This document shows, piece after piece, positions 1 through 9,773 of a stretch of 64,000 bases of DNA (position 1 is its first letter; every line of letters starts with the position of its first letter). The position numbers were made by a program, and so were the translations under genes. The DNA comes from an uncultured Candidatus Saccharibacteria bacterium (GTDB lineage Bacteria > Patescibacteriota > Andersenbacteria > UBA10190): contig CAYHTZ010000003.1 of the NCBI GenBank assembly GCA_964359735.1, forward strand, positions 21,993-85,992, given 5' to 3'. The notes under the pieces were generated by a model. The model was not told where the DNA came from. It worked only from the letters and a program-made list of their open reading frames with translations, and did not search any database.

Positions 1-225
1 AATGTGGTGCTTTTCCCTGACAGTGGAGCGAGAATTAAGCCGCTCGTAGCTAAGCTCAACGTATTGGAGACACAAAGCATGGAAGCAGGCGTGAAATTCG
101 CGTACCAGCATACCCGGGCGGGAGAGGCTGTCCTTCTCTCTACTGCCTCGCCGAGTTATAGTTTATGGACAAACTTTGAAGAACAAGGCAATGAATTTCA
201 AAAGTACACCCACGCACTCGCCTGA
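1..225 (+). CDS. murD: UDP-N-acetylmuramoyl-L-alanine:D-glutamate ligase, C-terminal fragment (runs off window start)
   Basis: VLLSTASPSYSLWTNFEEQGNEF matches the MurD C-terminal LLSPA-S-D-F-NFEERG-F motif; lies directly before ftsW-murG-murC. Confidence 0.85.
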   Translation, partial: NVVLFPDSGARIKPLVAKLNVLETQSMEAGVKFAYQHTRAGEAVLLSTASPSYSLWTNFEEQGNEFQKYTHALA

Positions 226-1306
226 TATTTGGCTACTCCTCACCATCGTGGGCTTGGTGTTCCTTGGATTCATGATGGTGGGGTCGGCTTCAAGCGTGCT
301 CGCTGAGCGCTTTCGGGGAGATGTGTACTTTTTCCTAAAGCACCAAGTGCTCTTCGGCGGCGTGGCGGGAGTAGTTCTCTTTTGCTTAGGATACTTCGTG
401 CCGTACCGCAGCTGGCGACTTTTTGCTTTACCAGCGCTCATTGCTTCCCTAGTGCTCTTAGTGCTCGTATTTGTACCGGGCATCAGCCTACAGTATGGCG
501 GGGCTTCGCGCTGGATAGATATCGGACCGATTACGTTCCAGCCGACCGAACTCACAAAGCTGGCCTTTATTGTTTACTTGGCCGCTTTGCTGGAGCGGAA
601 AGGAGAGGAGATCCGCGACTTTCGCAAAAGTGTACTGCCGTTTGCAGTGATTACAAGTATTTTAACTGTCTTGGTTGCCCTCCAACCCGATTTCGGAACG
701 CTCTTCACTATCACCGCCATTGCGGGGGCGATGGTATTCGTGGCCGGCTTTCGCCTGCGCCACCTCGCACTGCTCATGGCGGGTGCTTTCGCAGTATTCC
801 TGGCCCTGATTACATCCGCGCGCCACGGGATTTCACGCCTCATTACATATCTCCACCCGGAGCTTGACCCGCAAGGAATCGGGTACCAAGTGAATCAGGC
901 GCTCCTAGCGGTGGGCACCGGGGGAATCTGGGGCCTGGGGCTCGGGCGCAGCCGGCAGAAATATCAGTTCTTGCCAGAGCCGGCGGGAGATTCGATATTT
1001 GCCATTATGGCCGAAGAATTGGGGCTGGTGCGTTCAGTGCTGCTGCTCCTGGCATTCGTTTGGATCGGCTGGCGGGGGTACACGATTGCCCGCCTCTCTC
1101 CGGATATGTTCGGGCGGCTCGTCGCAGCCGGCATCACCAGCTGGATTGTTATTCAAGCTTTCGTAAATATCGGGGCGATCTTGGCGATTATGCCGCTCAC
1201 AGGCATCCCTCTTCCCTTTATTAGCTACGGGGGGTCGTCACTCGCGATTTTACTTTTCGCCAGCGGGATTCTCCTGAATGTGAGTAAGTACACGGTGGTA
1301 GAATAA
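191..1306 (+). CDS. ftsW: Peptidoglycan glycosyltransferase FtsW (SEDS family)
   Basis: GASRWI, FQPTELTK, QPDFGT, GIPLPFISYGGSS motifs; dcw gene order; ATG at 191 preferred over TTG at 176. Confidence 0.95.
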   Translation: MNFKSTPTHSPDIWLLLTIVGLVFLGFMMVGSASSVLAERFRGDVYFFLKHQVLFGGVAGVVLFCLGYFVPYRSWRLFALPALIASLVLLVLVFVPGISLQYGGASRWIDIGPITFQPTELTKLAFIVYLAALLERKGEEIRDFRKSVLPFAVITSILTVLVALQPDFGTLFTITAIAGAMVFVAGFRLRHLALLMAGAFAVFLALITSARHGISRLITYLHPELDPQGIGYQVNQALLAVGTGGIWGLGLGRSRQKYQFLPEPAGDSIFAIMAEELGLVRSVLLLLAFVWIGWRGYTIARLSPDMFGRLVAAGITSWIVIQAFVNIGAILAIMPLTGIPLPFISYGGSSLAILLFASGILLNVSKYTVVE

Positions 1307-1310
1307 TGGT

Positions 1311-2483
1311 ATGCGAATCGTTTTAACGGGCGGTGGAACGGGCGGACATTTGCTGCCGTTTGAGCCCATTATCGCCAGTTTGCGGATGCAATTCTTAGAA
1401 CAGCAGGCGACTCTGCCCAGTCGGCTTGACCCCGGGCAGCTTGAAATTGTTTTCCTGGGCCCGGTAGATGCGGCTACGCGATCATTTTTCTCCCAGTATG
1501 ATGTGCGAGCAATTCGTATCCCGTCTGGGAAACTGCGGCGCTACGCCTCGGGCCTCACCATTTTCGATTTACTGTGGAGATTACCGCTGGGAGTCGCTCG
1601 CGCGCTCGTCCTGATGTACTTCTTCATGCCTGATGCCGTGATCAGCCTCGGCGGATACGGGAGCGTACCTGGGATGCTGGCCGCAGTCTTCTATCGGATT
1701 CCGATTGTTTTACATGAAATGAATGCGGTGATGGGGCTGGCAAACCGAAGAATGGTTCGGCGAGCCGCGGTGGTAACTTTAGGGTTTGGCACACCTGCCC
1801 AGGTGCTGGGCAAGTATGCGTACAAAGGAGTAGTCACCGGCGACCCCGTACGCGAGGACATCCACCGTTTGACCAAACCGGAAGCGAAGCGCGAATTCCA
1901 CATCGAGGAGGGCGAACACGTGTTGTTGGTCACGGGAGGAAGCCAGGGGGCCAAACAACTCAACGAAGTTCTTCTGCAAATTTTGCCCAGAATCATTCTG
2001 GATACCACCATCATTCACTTAACAGGCAAGGATCACTTCACGGCTGTCTCCACGGTAGCGCAAGAACTCTTGGGGCAATCTTCGCGTAAGGATGCGTATC
2101 TGCCGTTTCCATATCTGACCACGACTATGGCGCATGCCTTAGTGGCCGCTGATTCCATCGTGACCCGGGCGGGTGCTAGTACTCTCTCGGAAATTGCCGC
2201 GCTCAAAACCCCAGCCCTGCTCATTCCTTTGGATAGTGCGGCGCACGATCACCAGCGTGCGAATGCCCAGGTGTTTGAGTCGGCCGGGGCAGCGCTCGTG
2301 CTAGACCCGGCAAATCTCACCCAGAATTTGTTCGAGAATAATGTACGGAGACTCGTCCTTGACGAGGAGGCACGGGAGCACATGGTGAGTAACCTAGCCG
2401 CAATAGACTATCCATCCGCCGCGCGGCAGATCGTGCAGATCGTACTCCAAGTTGCCAGTGGGTTCGCCCCGACAAAACCATGA
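1311..2483 (+). CDS. murG: Undecaprenyl-PP-MurNAc-pentapeptide GlcNAc transferase
   Basis: TGGGTGGH, GGYGS, HEMNAVMGLANR, GGSQGA, HQRANA motifs. Confidence 0.95.
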   Translation: MRIVLTGGGTGGHLLPFEPIIASLRMQFLEQQATLPSRLDPGQLEIVFLGPVDAATRSFFSQYDVRAIRIPSGKLRRYASGLTIFDLLWRLPLGVARALVLMYFFMPDAVISLGGYGSVPGMLAAVFYRIPIVLHEMNAVMGLANRRMVRRAAVVTLGFGTPAQVLGKYAYKGVVTGDPVREDIHRLTKPEAKREFHIEEGEHVLLVTGGSQGAKQLNEVLLQILPRIILDTTIIHLTGKDHFTAVSTVAQELLGQSSRKDAYLPFPYLTTTMAHALVAADSIVTRAGASTLSEIAALKTPALLIPLDSAAHDHQRANAQVFESAGAALVLDPANLTQNLFENNVRRLVLDEEAREHMVSNLAAIDYPSAARQIVQIVLQVASGFAPTKP

Positions 2484-3718
2484 CGCTAGAAGCGGCTAAA
2501 ACAATCTTTATGCTCGGCATTGGAGGGACCGGCATGCGAGGGCTGGCGCGCCTTCTCTCTGCCCACGGGAAAACAGTGGTGGGCTCAGACCAGCAATACG
2601 ACGTGATTAAGAATTGGCCAGATCTCAAAGAGTACGACATTGTGCCTGAAGGAGAAGGCGAACGCTTGCTGAAAAAGGCGGACCTCCTGGTGCACACCGA
2701 CGCGGCCGAAAAAGATCACCCACTGATTAAGGCAGCCCAGCGGGAGAATATTCCCGTCCTGGCGTATCAAGAAGCACTGGGGGACTTTTCCCGCTCACTG
2801 ACAACAGTGGCGGTCACAGGCACTCACGGGAAGTCTTCCACGACGGCTTTTCTGGCTCACATTTTAATTGAGGCAGGAGCCGACCCCAATGTGCTCGTGG
2901 GGGCCCCTATGCCGGCGTGGGGTGGGAGTTCGAGAGTGGGGAAGAGCGATCTGTTTATTGTGGAGGCAGATGAATATAGGGAACACTTTCTGACATTCTC
3001 GCCGGCCCATGCCATCATTGTTTCTGTTGATTTCGACCACCCCGACTACTTCAAATCTCTGGAAGACGTGCAAGCGGCCTATGCGCGATTTAAGGCGCGC
3101 ATCGCGTCCGGAGGCGTTGTACTCACGACGGCGGATGTTCAGCATGAAATTGATGATGTGCCCTCTCCTTTGCCTGGGAGACACATGCAGCACAATGCCG
3201 CACTCGCGGTCAAGATGGCAGAGGTGTTGGGAGTGCCCCGCGAACAGGCAGTCGCAGCCCTCAAAACATTTCCGGGGATAGGTAGAAGATTCGAAAGGTT
3301 GGACAAGATTGGGAAGATGGATCTCTTCACAGACTATGGCCACCACCCTGCCGAGATTAAAGCCACCTTCCTGGCCACTCGAGGAAAGTTTGCCGGCCAG
3401 CGCATACTGACGCTGTTCGAAGCTCATACGTTAGAGCGCTTAAAAACTTTTTTTGACGGATACGTGGAAGCCTTATCAGGGGCAGATGGGGTACTCTTGG
3501 TACCAGTGTTTATACCGGCCGGGCGGGAGCACGAATCAGCGGAGGCAAGAGAGTGGCTCCAGAAATTAGAACGAAAACTTCCGGGTATTGTATGGCGTAT
3601 TGACGATTGGAAGGAGCTCCCAGCTCAACTTACGCAACTCTCGGATGAGTTTGACGTGGCCATTGCGTTCACCGCTGGACTCCTAGACGCAAAGTTGAGG
3701 ACTCTTTCCTTTACTTAA
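2480..3718 (+). CDS. murC: UDP-N-acetylmuramate-L-alanine ligase (shortened central domain)
   Basis: [17 protein letters not shown]-loop, [14 protein letters not shown] motifs. Confidence 0.92.
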   Translation: MTLEAAKTIFMLGIGGTGMRGLARLLSAHGKTVVGSDQQYDVIKNWPDLKEYDIVPEGEGERLLKKADLLVHTDAAEKDHPLIKAAQRENIPVLAYQEALGDFSRSLTTVAVTGTHGKSSTTAFLAHILIEAGADPNVLVGAPMPAWGGSSRVGKSDLFIVEADEYREHFLTFSPAHAIIVSVDFDHPDYFKSLEDVQAAYARFKARIASGGVVLTTADVQHEIDDVPSPLPGRHMQHNAALAVKMAEVLGVPREQAVAALKTFPGIGRRFERLDKIGKMDLFTDYGHHPAEIKATFLATRGKFAGQRILTLFEAHTLERLKTFFDGYVEALSGADGVLLVPVFIPAGREHESAEAREWLQKLERKLPGIVWRIDDWKELPAQLTQLSDEFDVAIAFTAGLLDAKLRTLSFT

Positions 3719-3730
3719 TAATATCTATGT

Positions 3731-3760
3731 ACCTCTCCATAGATCGATCTATGGAGAGGT
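3731..3760. repeat. Perfect 30-bp palindrome ACCTCTCCATAGATC|GATCTATGGAGAGGT (copy 1 of 3; candidate operator)
   Basis: Read directly; same core at 28416-28441 and 28890-28909; abuts a putative -35 (TTGCCC 3760-3765, 17 bp, CATAGT 3783-3788). Confidence 0.9.
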
Positions 3761-3803
3761 TGCCCGAAGAGGGCTTTCGTTGCATAGTCAGCTAGAGCTC
3801 GTA

Positions 3804-4835
3804 ATGATCAAACTTTCGAAAGTATTCACACGTGAACGCTCACTGTTTTACATGCGCATGTGGAATGACAGCGATCGCATGGGCTTTTCCCGCTGGTTGA
3901 GTACTGATGTTCAGAACAATATGTTTTGGCGAGAGGGGAACATTAACAAGATTTCAGTTTGGTATGACCGAGAGGAATACGACCGGCTAGGAGAGCTAAC
4001 GGCCGAAAAACTCCACGTTGATTCAAAGTTATTTGAAAAAATGGTTCGTGTTTTTCACGATCTCTGGCGCCCGATAGCCCCATATGTGCAAAACGGTAAG
4101 CTCATAACATCTGCCGACGAGCTGGAAAAGTTCTACCAAGATGTGGTTGCGTGGTGGTCGGTGATGGCATTGATGTTTCTTATCCCTAATGTGCCAAGAA
4201 TCCCGAGGAAGCAACGTGAGGCGGCGCTGGCACTGCGCGAGAAGGTAGAACTTTTTTCAGATGCAATGGATCACCTCATGGTGCGCTATGTGGTAGAAGA
4301 ACTACCTCAATATAAAGAATTGGCGTGGGTTATGATGCCAGAAGAAGCTATCAAACTTGGTCGCGATGAGCTCTCTCAGTATGAGCTGGATAAGATCCGT
4401 GGGCGACTCCATGGATTCGCTCTCTTAAATGAAAAGATTTGCAGCAGGCAGGAATTGCCAGGCGCTTTAGCGAAGCAGGGAATACAGTTGGAGCAAGAAC
4501 ATACCACGGCGGGGCTGCATGAAATCAGTGGGACGCCGGCCAGCGCAGGAATCGCGCGAGGCAGGGTGCGCCAAATTTTGCTCAAGGAACAGATACACGA
4601 GCTCCAGAAGGGGGAGATCCTGGTGACAGAAATGACTAATCCTAATTACGTACCAGCCATGAAGAAGGCGTCGGCAATTGTCACTGATGAGGGAGGTATC
4701 ACCTGCCATGCGGCTATTGTCAGCCGGGAGCTGGGCAAGCCGTGCGTCATTGGCACTAAAATTGCAACGCGTGTCCTAAAAAACGGCGATGAAGTTGAGG
4801 TAGATGCAGACAAGGGAACAGTGAAGCTGCTTTGA
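3804..4835 (+). CDS. PEP-utilising enzyme mobile (phospho-His swivel) domain protein with helical N-terminal region; no ATP-grasp domain seen
   Basis: C-terminal GTPASAG...ILVTEMTNP...[25 protein letters not shown]...VEVDADKG; ATG 3804 chosen over TTG 3780. Confidence 0.85.
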   Translation: MIKLSKVFTRERSLFYMRMWNDSDRMGFSRWLSTDVQNNMFWREGNINKISVWYDREEYDRLGELTAEKLHVDSKLFEKMVRVFHDLWRPIAPYVQNGKLITSADELEKFYQDVVAWWSVMALMFLIPNVPRIPRKQREAALALREKVELFSDAMDHLMVRYVVEELPQYKELAWVMMPEEAIKLGRDELSQYELDKIRGRLHGFALLNEKICSRQELPGALAKQGIQLEQEHTTAGLHEISGTPASAGIARGRVRQILLKEQIHELQKGEILVTEMTNPNYVPAMKKASAIVTDEGGITCHAAIVSRELGKPCVIGTKIATRVLKNGDEVEVDADKGTVKLL

Positions 4836-4955
4836 CAAGAGATCGTCTGGCTTTAGGAACGGCTCTGGACAAATAGCCAGCAGTTTTGGTATTGTGTTTC
4901 GTTACAAGAACGTTAGTATTGACGAAATGTCAAAAATACTTAATACTCAACCGTT

Positions 4956-5972
4956 ATGGAGCACAGTGTAAATATCAACGACCTCACGGAGAAGCTGTTA
5001 AACAGCCTGGATGCCCGTTCCCGGGACATCGTTATTCGTAGATTTGGGCTTAAATCAGGCCAAGCGGAGACCCTGGAAAGCATCGGTAAGGAGTATGGAA
5101 TTACCCGTGAGAGGGTGCGCCAGATTGAGTCTTACACCAAAAAGACCCTGGCAACTTTACGGGAGCAAATAACCCCTCTGGTAGACTTGCTGGAAAAGAC
5201 CTTTGCGGAACACGGGGGGGTTATGGCCGAACCGCATGTCGTAGAGGTGATAGGCGCCGAACCCCAGGTTGTCCGTTTTTACCTGAATGTCTTGCCGGAA
5301 TACATATATGTCACTCACAAAGAGCTTTTCCACCCGCATTGGCGGCATGAACGGCGAGCAGGAGATGACGCCGATAAAATTGTGGAATGCGCTTGCGAAA
5401 TACTCGTTAAGAAGCAGCTGCCCCTTGAGGAGAGCGAGCTGATTGAAAGCGTAAAGGTACGGCTCGCAGGAGAGGGTGGCGCCTTACCTTCGCCTCACAT
5501 TATTGCGGCTTTTGTCGCCAGCAAACCGTTGGAGCGAACTGTGTTTCAGCAGTGGGGGCTAGCCGAGTGGCCGGAGGTGTCCCCCCGCGGAGTAGGTGAT
5601 AAGGCATACGCGGTGCTGCGTCGGCATGGGAAGCCCGCCCACTTCCGTGAAATCGCGAGCATGATTTCCGAGGCTAAATTTGATACGAAGGCAGCTAACC
5701 CCCAAACCGTGCACAATGAGTTGATTAAAGACGACCGCTTTGTACTGGTGGGGCGGGGGCTCTACGGGTTGAAAGAATGGGGATATGTGCCGGGCACCGT
5801 GGCGGATGTTTTAGAGGCAATCCTGCGCCGTGCCAAGGTTCCCATGACGCGCGAGGAGCTCACCGCCGAAGTGTTGAAACAAAGGATTGTTAAAAAGAAT
5901 ACCATTTTACTCGGCCTTCAGAACCACAAGCGGTTCGTGAGAACAGCTGATCAGCGGTACACATTGCGATGA
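4956..5972 (+). CDS. Sigma70 region-4-like HTH plus HARE-HTH/winged-helix DNA-binding protein
   Basis: RRFGL...ETLESIGKEYGITRERVRQIE (sigma region 4) and C-terminal NPQTVHNELIKDDRFVLVGRGLYGL, a motif I recognise from CPR proteins. Confidence 0.8.
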   Translation: MEHSVNINDLTEKLLNSLDARSRDIVIRRFGLKSGQAETLESIGKEYGITRERVRQIESYTKKTLATLREQITPLVDLLEKTFAEHGGVMAEPHVVEVIGAEPQVVRFYLNVLPEYIYVTHKELFHPHWRHERRAGDDADKIVECACEILVKKQLPLEESELIESVKVRLAGEGGALPSPHIIAAFVASKPLERTVFQQWGLAEWPEVSPRGVGDKAYAVLRRHGKPAHFREIASMISEAKFDTKAANPQTVHNELIKDDRFVLVGRGLYGLKEWGYVPGTVADVLEAILRRAKVPMTREELTAEVLKQRIVKKNTILLGLQNHKRFVRTADQRYTLR

Positions 5973-6003
5973 GGAGTAGCGAGAAGCATTGTATACTGGA
6001 ATA

Positions 6004-7332
6004 ATGCTTCTCGTCTCTCAAGGACTTAGCAGCAGCGCACCAAGTACGCTGCTCGTGCCGGAGTTCCTGGATATGGTGGTGACATTGGCGCCAGTGCTCT
6101 TAGGGTTGGCCTGGCTTCTGATAACATTTTTTGCCTTGTGGTTTGCGCGAGAACTGTATGGCTTTATCATTGCCGTGCCCATATATTTGGGGACGATAAA
6201 ATATACTATTCTGCAGGTAGTTTTGCCCGAGGATGCAGAGGAGACGCCGAAGTCGATGGAGGATGCGATCTCACACTGGGGCGGGATACACTACAATCCT
6301 GATGTGAAGGAGAGGTACTTTGATGGCTTTGTGGATTGGTGGTACAGCCTTGAGGTGCAATGCACTCCCGAGAAGGTGCGTTACTTTCTCTTTATCCCCA
6401 CTATATTCCGGCCTTTCTTTGAAGGCGTCATCTACGGCCAGTACCCCGAAGCAGAAATTCAAGAAGCCGAGGACTACACGCTGAACTATGATTACAGAAG
6501 AGTCCGGCAGGACTTCGAAGTGTACGGCACCGATATGATTTTGTCGCTGGACGATGTGTACCCGATTCGCTCGTATACTCAATACGGCGACCCCTTGTCT
6601 CCTACGGAAACATTCATTGATCCGCACCAATCCATGATTGAGGCTTACTCAAATGTTAACCCGGGCGAGGAATACTGGTTCCAAGTAATTGTTTGGCCGG
6701 CGAGTCCGGCTAAGAAAAAATCTTGGGTGGCGAAGGGGGAAAAAGAAATTGCTCAGATTACCGGGCGGGCAAAGGAGGCCGGCCCCGGCTTCTTTAAACA
6801 ACTGAGAAAGTTTTTTACGCGCATCCCTCAGGAGGTTGTGAACGTGCTGCGCGGCCGGCACGCCTCCGCCGGGGAGGAAGGAGAAGAGCAACTCGATGTC
6901 CACTTCTTCGATCCCGTGGAAACCATAAAAATGGAATCGATTTTGCGGAAAATTTCTCGAGATGTGTACCGCTGCATGGTGCGCCTGATATACATTGCGC
7001 CCAAGGGGAAGCTGCATAAGCCTAACATCGGCCGCGCCATTGGCCCTTTCAAGCAGTTTTGGGGCGCGAACGCATTTAGGCCTGATCCAAAAACAAAGTC
7101 GAATGGGGTGGATTACATCATGAAGGAGCGGCGCCGGCTTTACCGTGAACGCACTATCTTGGCCGAGTACCAGTGGCGGGACCCTTTGGGCATGGGACGC
7201 GGACCATATATGCTGACGGCGGAGGAAGTAGCCACGGTGTACCATTTCCCCACCAAATGGATACAGGCGCCTGTTTTAGAGCGCGCGAAAGCGGGAACCT
7301 ACTCGGCACCGGAGGAGGTACCGTATGTCTGA
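6004..7332 (+). CDS. Membrane-anchored hypothetical protein, probable partner of the downstream VirD4/TraD-like ATPase
   Basis: N-terminal TM segments; YSLEV, IYGQYPEAEIQE, YPIRSY, LTAEEVATVYHFP motifs; overlaps the ATPase start; ATG 6004 lies 6 nt after TATACT. Confidence 0.65.
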   Translation: MLLVSQGLSSSAPSTLLVPEFLDMVVTLAPVLLGLAWLLITFFALWFARELYGFIIAVPIYLGTIKYTILQVVLPEDAEETPKSMEDAISHWGGIHYNPDVKERYFDGFVDWWYSLEVQCTPEKVRYFLFIPTIFRPFFEGVIYGQYPEAEIQEAEDYTLNYDYRRVRQDFEVYGTDMILSLDDVYPIRSYTQYGDPLSPTETFIDPHQSMIEAYSNVNPGEEYWFQVIVWPASPAKKKSWVAKGEKEIAQITGRAKEAGPGFFKQLRKFFTRIPQEVVNVLRGRHASAGEEGEEQLDVHFFDPVETIKMESILRKISRDVYRCMVRLIYIAPKGKLHKPNIGRAIGPFKQFWGANAFRPDPKTKSNGVDYIMKERRRLYRERTILAEYQWRDPLGMGRGPYMLTAEEVATVYHFPTKWIQAPVLERAKAGTYSAPEEVPYV

Positions 7333-9019
7333 AACACCTAAGATCCAAGAAATAACCGTGTTGGGGCAGACGAACTTCCGCGGGCAGGCGCGGGTGTTCG
7401 GCATCTACGAAGAAGACCGGCGGGGCCATGTCTATGTGTTGGGAAAGACAGGCATGGGAAAGACCACGCTGCTGCGGAATATGCTGGTGCAAGATATCCA
7501 AGGCGGCAAGGCGGTGGCACTCGTTGACCCGCATGGAGACCTAGCTAGTGAGCTGCTGGCTGCCGTGCCCTCGCGCCGATTGAACGATGTCATCTACTTC
7601 GACCCATCGGACGTGGCGTACCCCGTTGGCTTCAATGTGTTAGAAACTCCCAAGCCGGAGTATAAGTATCTCGTAGCCAGCGGCCTCATTGGCACGCTTA
7701 AGAAAATTTGGGCGGATTCGTGGGGGCCGCGGTTAGAATACATCTTGAGGAATACCATTTTAGCACTGCTTGATTACCCCGGCGCTACTATGCTCGGGAT
7801 ATCTCGTATGCTCACTGACAAAAAATACCGCGAACGGGTAGTGCGCAAAATTCAAGACCCGGTGGTGAGATCATTTTGGGTAAATGAGTTTGCTAACTAC
7901 AACGAGCGTTTTGCTAACGAAGCTATCTCTCCCATCCAGAACAAGGTAGGGCAATTTCTCTCCAGCGCCGTGATCCGCAATATTGTCTCGCAGCCGAAAA
8001 GTACCATTGACATCCATGACATTATGGACAACGGTAAGGTCTTGATTATGAATTTGTCGAAGGGGAAGATCGGGGAAGACAACTCGGCGCTCTTGGGAGC
8101 CATGATGATCACTCGCATCCAGCTGGCTGCCATGGACCGGGCGTATGTGCCGGAGAGCGAGCGGACAGATTTCTTTCTCTACGTGGATGAATTTCAAAAC
8201 TTCGCGACGGAATCGTTCGCCGGTATTCTTTCCGAGGCGCGCAAATACCGCCTGAATCTGGTGATTGCCCATCAATACATCACCCAGATGGAAGAACCTG
8301 TGCGCGATGCTGTCTTTGGAAACGTGGGCACCATCGTAGCCTATCGAGTGGGCGCCTTTGATGCCGAGTATTTGGAGAAGGAATTTGCACCATACTTTGT
8401 TCAATCGGACTTGGTAAACCTGGACCGATACTCAGCCTACATCCGCCTAATGATCCATGGCGTTACCAGCAAGCCATTCAGCATGAAGAACATTCCGCCG
8501 ACGCCGCAGTCGGAAGGAAATGCGGAGACGGTGCTCCGCGTCTCGCGCGAACGTTATGCCCGGCCGCGCGATATCGTGGAGGATAAAATCCTGCGGTGGA
8601 GCAGCAACACTGAGCCGAAACCGGTAAAGCGCACCCCCACGGCAGCCCCCCTTGCTCAAAAGCCCGTGCCGACGCAGCCCGCCCAGCCAGCCGCGCCGGC
8701 AAAACTTACTAAGGCTGTGCCGGCACCATTCCCGGCGATGTTCCAAACGCCGGTGGGAATGGCCGAGAGCGAGCCGCCAGAACCGGGGCCACTGATCACT
8801 GACCTCGCGAGCACACTCGCCGAAGAAGACCGCAAGCGCGGGCAGCAAAAAACTCAAGACCGAATTGGCAAGAAAATGTATGACACGTTGTGCGACCGCT
8901 GCGGGAAGGCGACGCAAGTACCTTTTCAGCCCACTCCGGGGAGGCCAGTGTATTGCCCAGAGTGCTTTGCGATTGTGAAAGCCGGGATTGAAGACCAGGA
9001 TTCGTCGATGCAGGGCTAA
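7325..9019 (+). CDS. VirD4/TraD/HerA-like P-loop ATPase with C-terminal CxxC-x17-CxxC zinc ribbon
   Basis: Walker A GKTGMGKT, DPHGD, Walker B LYVDEFQNF, LSEARKY; Pro/Ala-rich linker; CDRC...VPFQPTPGRPVYCPEC. Confidence 0.85.
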   Translation: MSETPKIQEITVLGQTNFRGQARVFGIYEEDRRGHVYVLGKTGMGKTTLLRNMLVQDIQGGKAVALVDPHGDLASELLAAVPSRRLNDVIYFDPSDVAYPVGFNVLETPKPEYKYLVASGLIGTLKKIWADSWGPRLEYILRNTILALLDYPGATMLGISRMLTDKKYRERVVRKIQDPVVRSFWVNEFANYNERFANEAISPIQNKVGQFLSSAVIRNIVSQPKSTIDIHDIMDNGKVLIMNLSKGKIGEDNSALLGAMMITRIQLAAMDRAYVPESERTDFFLYVDEFQNFATESFAGILSEARKYRLNLVIAHQYITQMEEPVRDAVFGNVGTIVAYRVGAFDAEYLEKEFAPYFVQSDLVNLDRYSAYIRLMIHGVTSKPFSMKNIPPTPQSEGNAETVLRVSRERYARPRDIVEDKILRWSSNTEPKPVKRTPTAAPLAQKPVPTQPAQPAAPAKLTKAVPAPFPAMFQTPVGMAESEPPEPGPLITDLASTLAEEDRKRGQQKTQDRIGKKMYDTLCDRCGKATQVPFQPTPGRPVYCPECFAIVKAGIEDQDSSMQG

Positions 9020-9038
9020 ATGTGGTATAGTCAAGAGG

Positions 9039-9728
9039 ATGCGCGACATGGCGAGGGAAACAGAGAAAGTACCCATCGACCGACCATTTAATTTTAAAGA
9101 GGATGCCAACTGGCGGATTTTTCGCATTATGGCGGAGTTCGTCGAAGGCTTCGAGTTTTTAGCAGATCTGCGCAAAGAGGTGACGTTTTTTGGATCAGCA
9201 CGTTTCTCTGAGGAGTCCCGCTGGTACAAAGAGGCGCTGAAATTAGGGCGCCTGCTGGCCAAAGCTGGATTCACGGTGATCACGGGCGGGGGTCCGGGCA
9301 TTATGGAGGCCGGCAATCGAGGCGCCTATGAAGGCGGGGGGGAGTCGGTCGGTCTCGACATCGAATTACCAGCTGAACAGCGGCGCAACGCGTACGTGAA
9401 ACGCGGGATTGGATTCCACTACTTTTTCACACGCAAAGTTATGCTGAGAGCTTCTGCTCAAGCATATATCTTCTTCCCCGGAGGCTTTGGAACCGTGGAC
9501 GAATTTAGTGAGACAATTACGCTTATGCAGACTCAGAAAATGGAGCGCGTACCTGTTATCTGCATGGGCCGCGAGTTCTGGGAACCATTCCATGAGTGGG
9601 CGCGAACAATCATGCTCAGTAAGTTTGAAACCATCTCGCCTGAAGATCTTGACCTCTATACTATTGTGGATTCGGCAGAAGAAGTATTCGAGCTTATCAA
9701 GGATTCGCCAGAAAGAAAGTACTTTTGA
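9039..9728 (+). CDS. LOG family (TIGR00730-type) Rossmann-fold protein
   Basis: FFGSARF, TGGGPGIMEAGNRGA, FFTRK, PGGFGT motifs; start placed after an extended -10 (TGnTATAGT). Confidence 0.9.
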   Translation: MRDMARETEKVPIDRPFNFKEDANWRIFRIMAEFVEGFEFLADLRKEVTFFGSARFSEESRWYKEALKLGRLLAKAGFTVITGGGPGIMEAGNRGAYEGGGESVGLDIELPAEQRRNAYVKRGIGFHYFFTRKVMLRASAQAYIFFPGGFGTVDEFSETITLMQTQKMERVPVICMGREFWEPFHEWARTIMLSKFETISPEDLDLYTIVDSAEEVFELIKDSPERKYF

Positions 9729-9773
9729 TCCACCAGTTTGAATCCAGTCAAGGGTCAGTGCTAGGCTTCTTGC

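Noticed and set aside
3731-3760. Simple rho-independent terminator of murC
   Set aside because: It is a loopless perfect palindrome without a U-tract, and the same core recurs in a divergent promoter region. Kept as an operator or element candidate instead.
6004-9019. Integrative conjugative element
   Set aside because: No relaxase, VirB4, integrase or boundary repeats, and composition resembles the surrounding core genes.
8447-9316. Long antisense and alternate-frame ORFs in the track (e.g. 8447-9316, 10137-10820, 36570-37328, 45326-45919)
   Set aside because: They overlap well-supported genes, show no recognisable motifs, and are expected shadows in GC-rich coding DNA.
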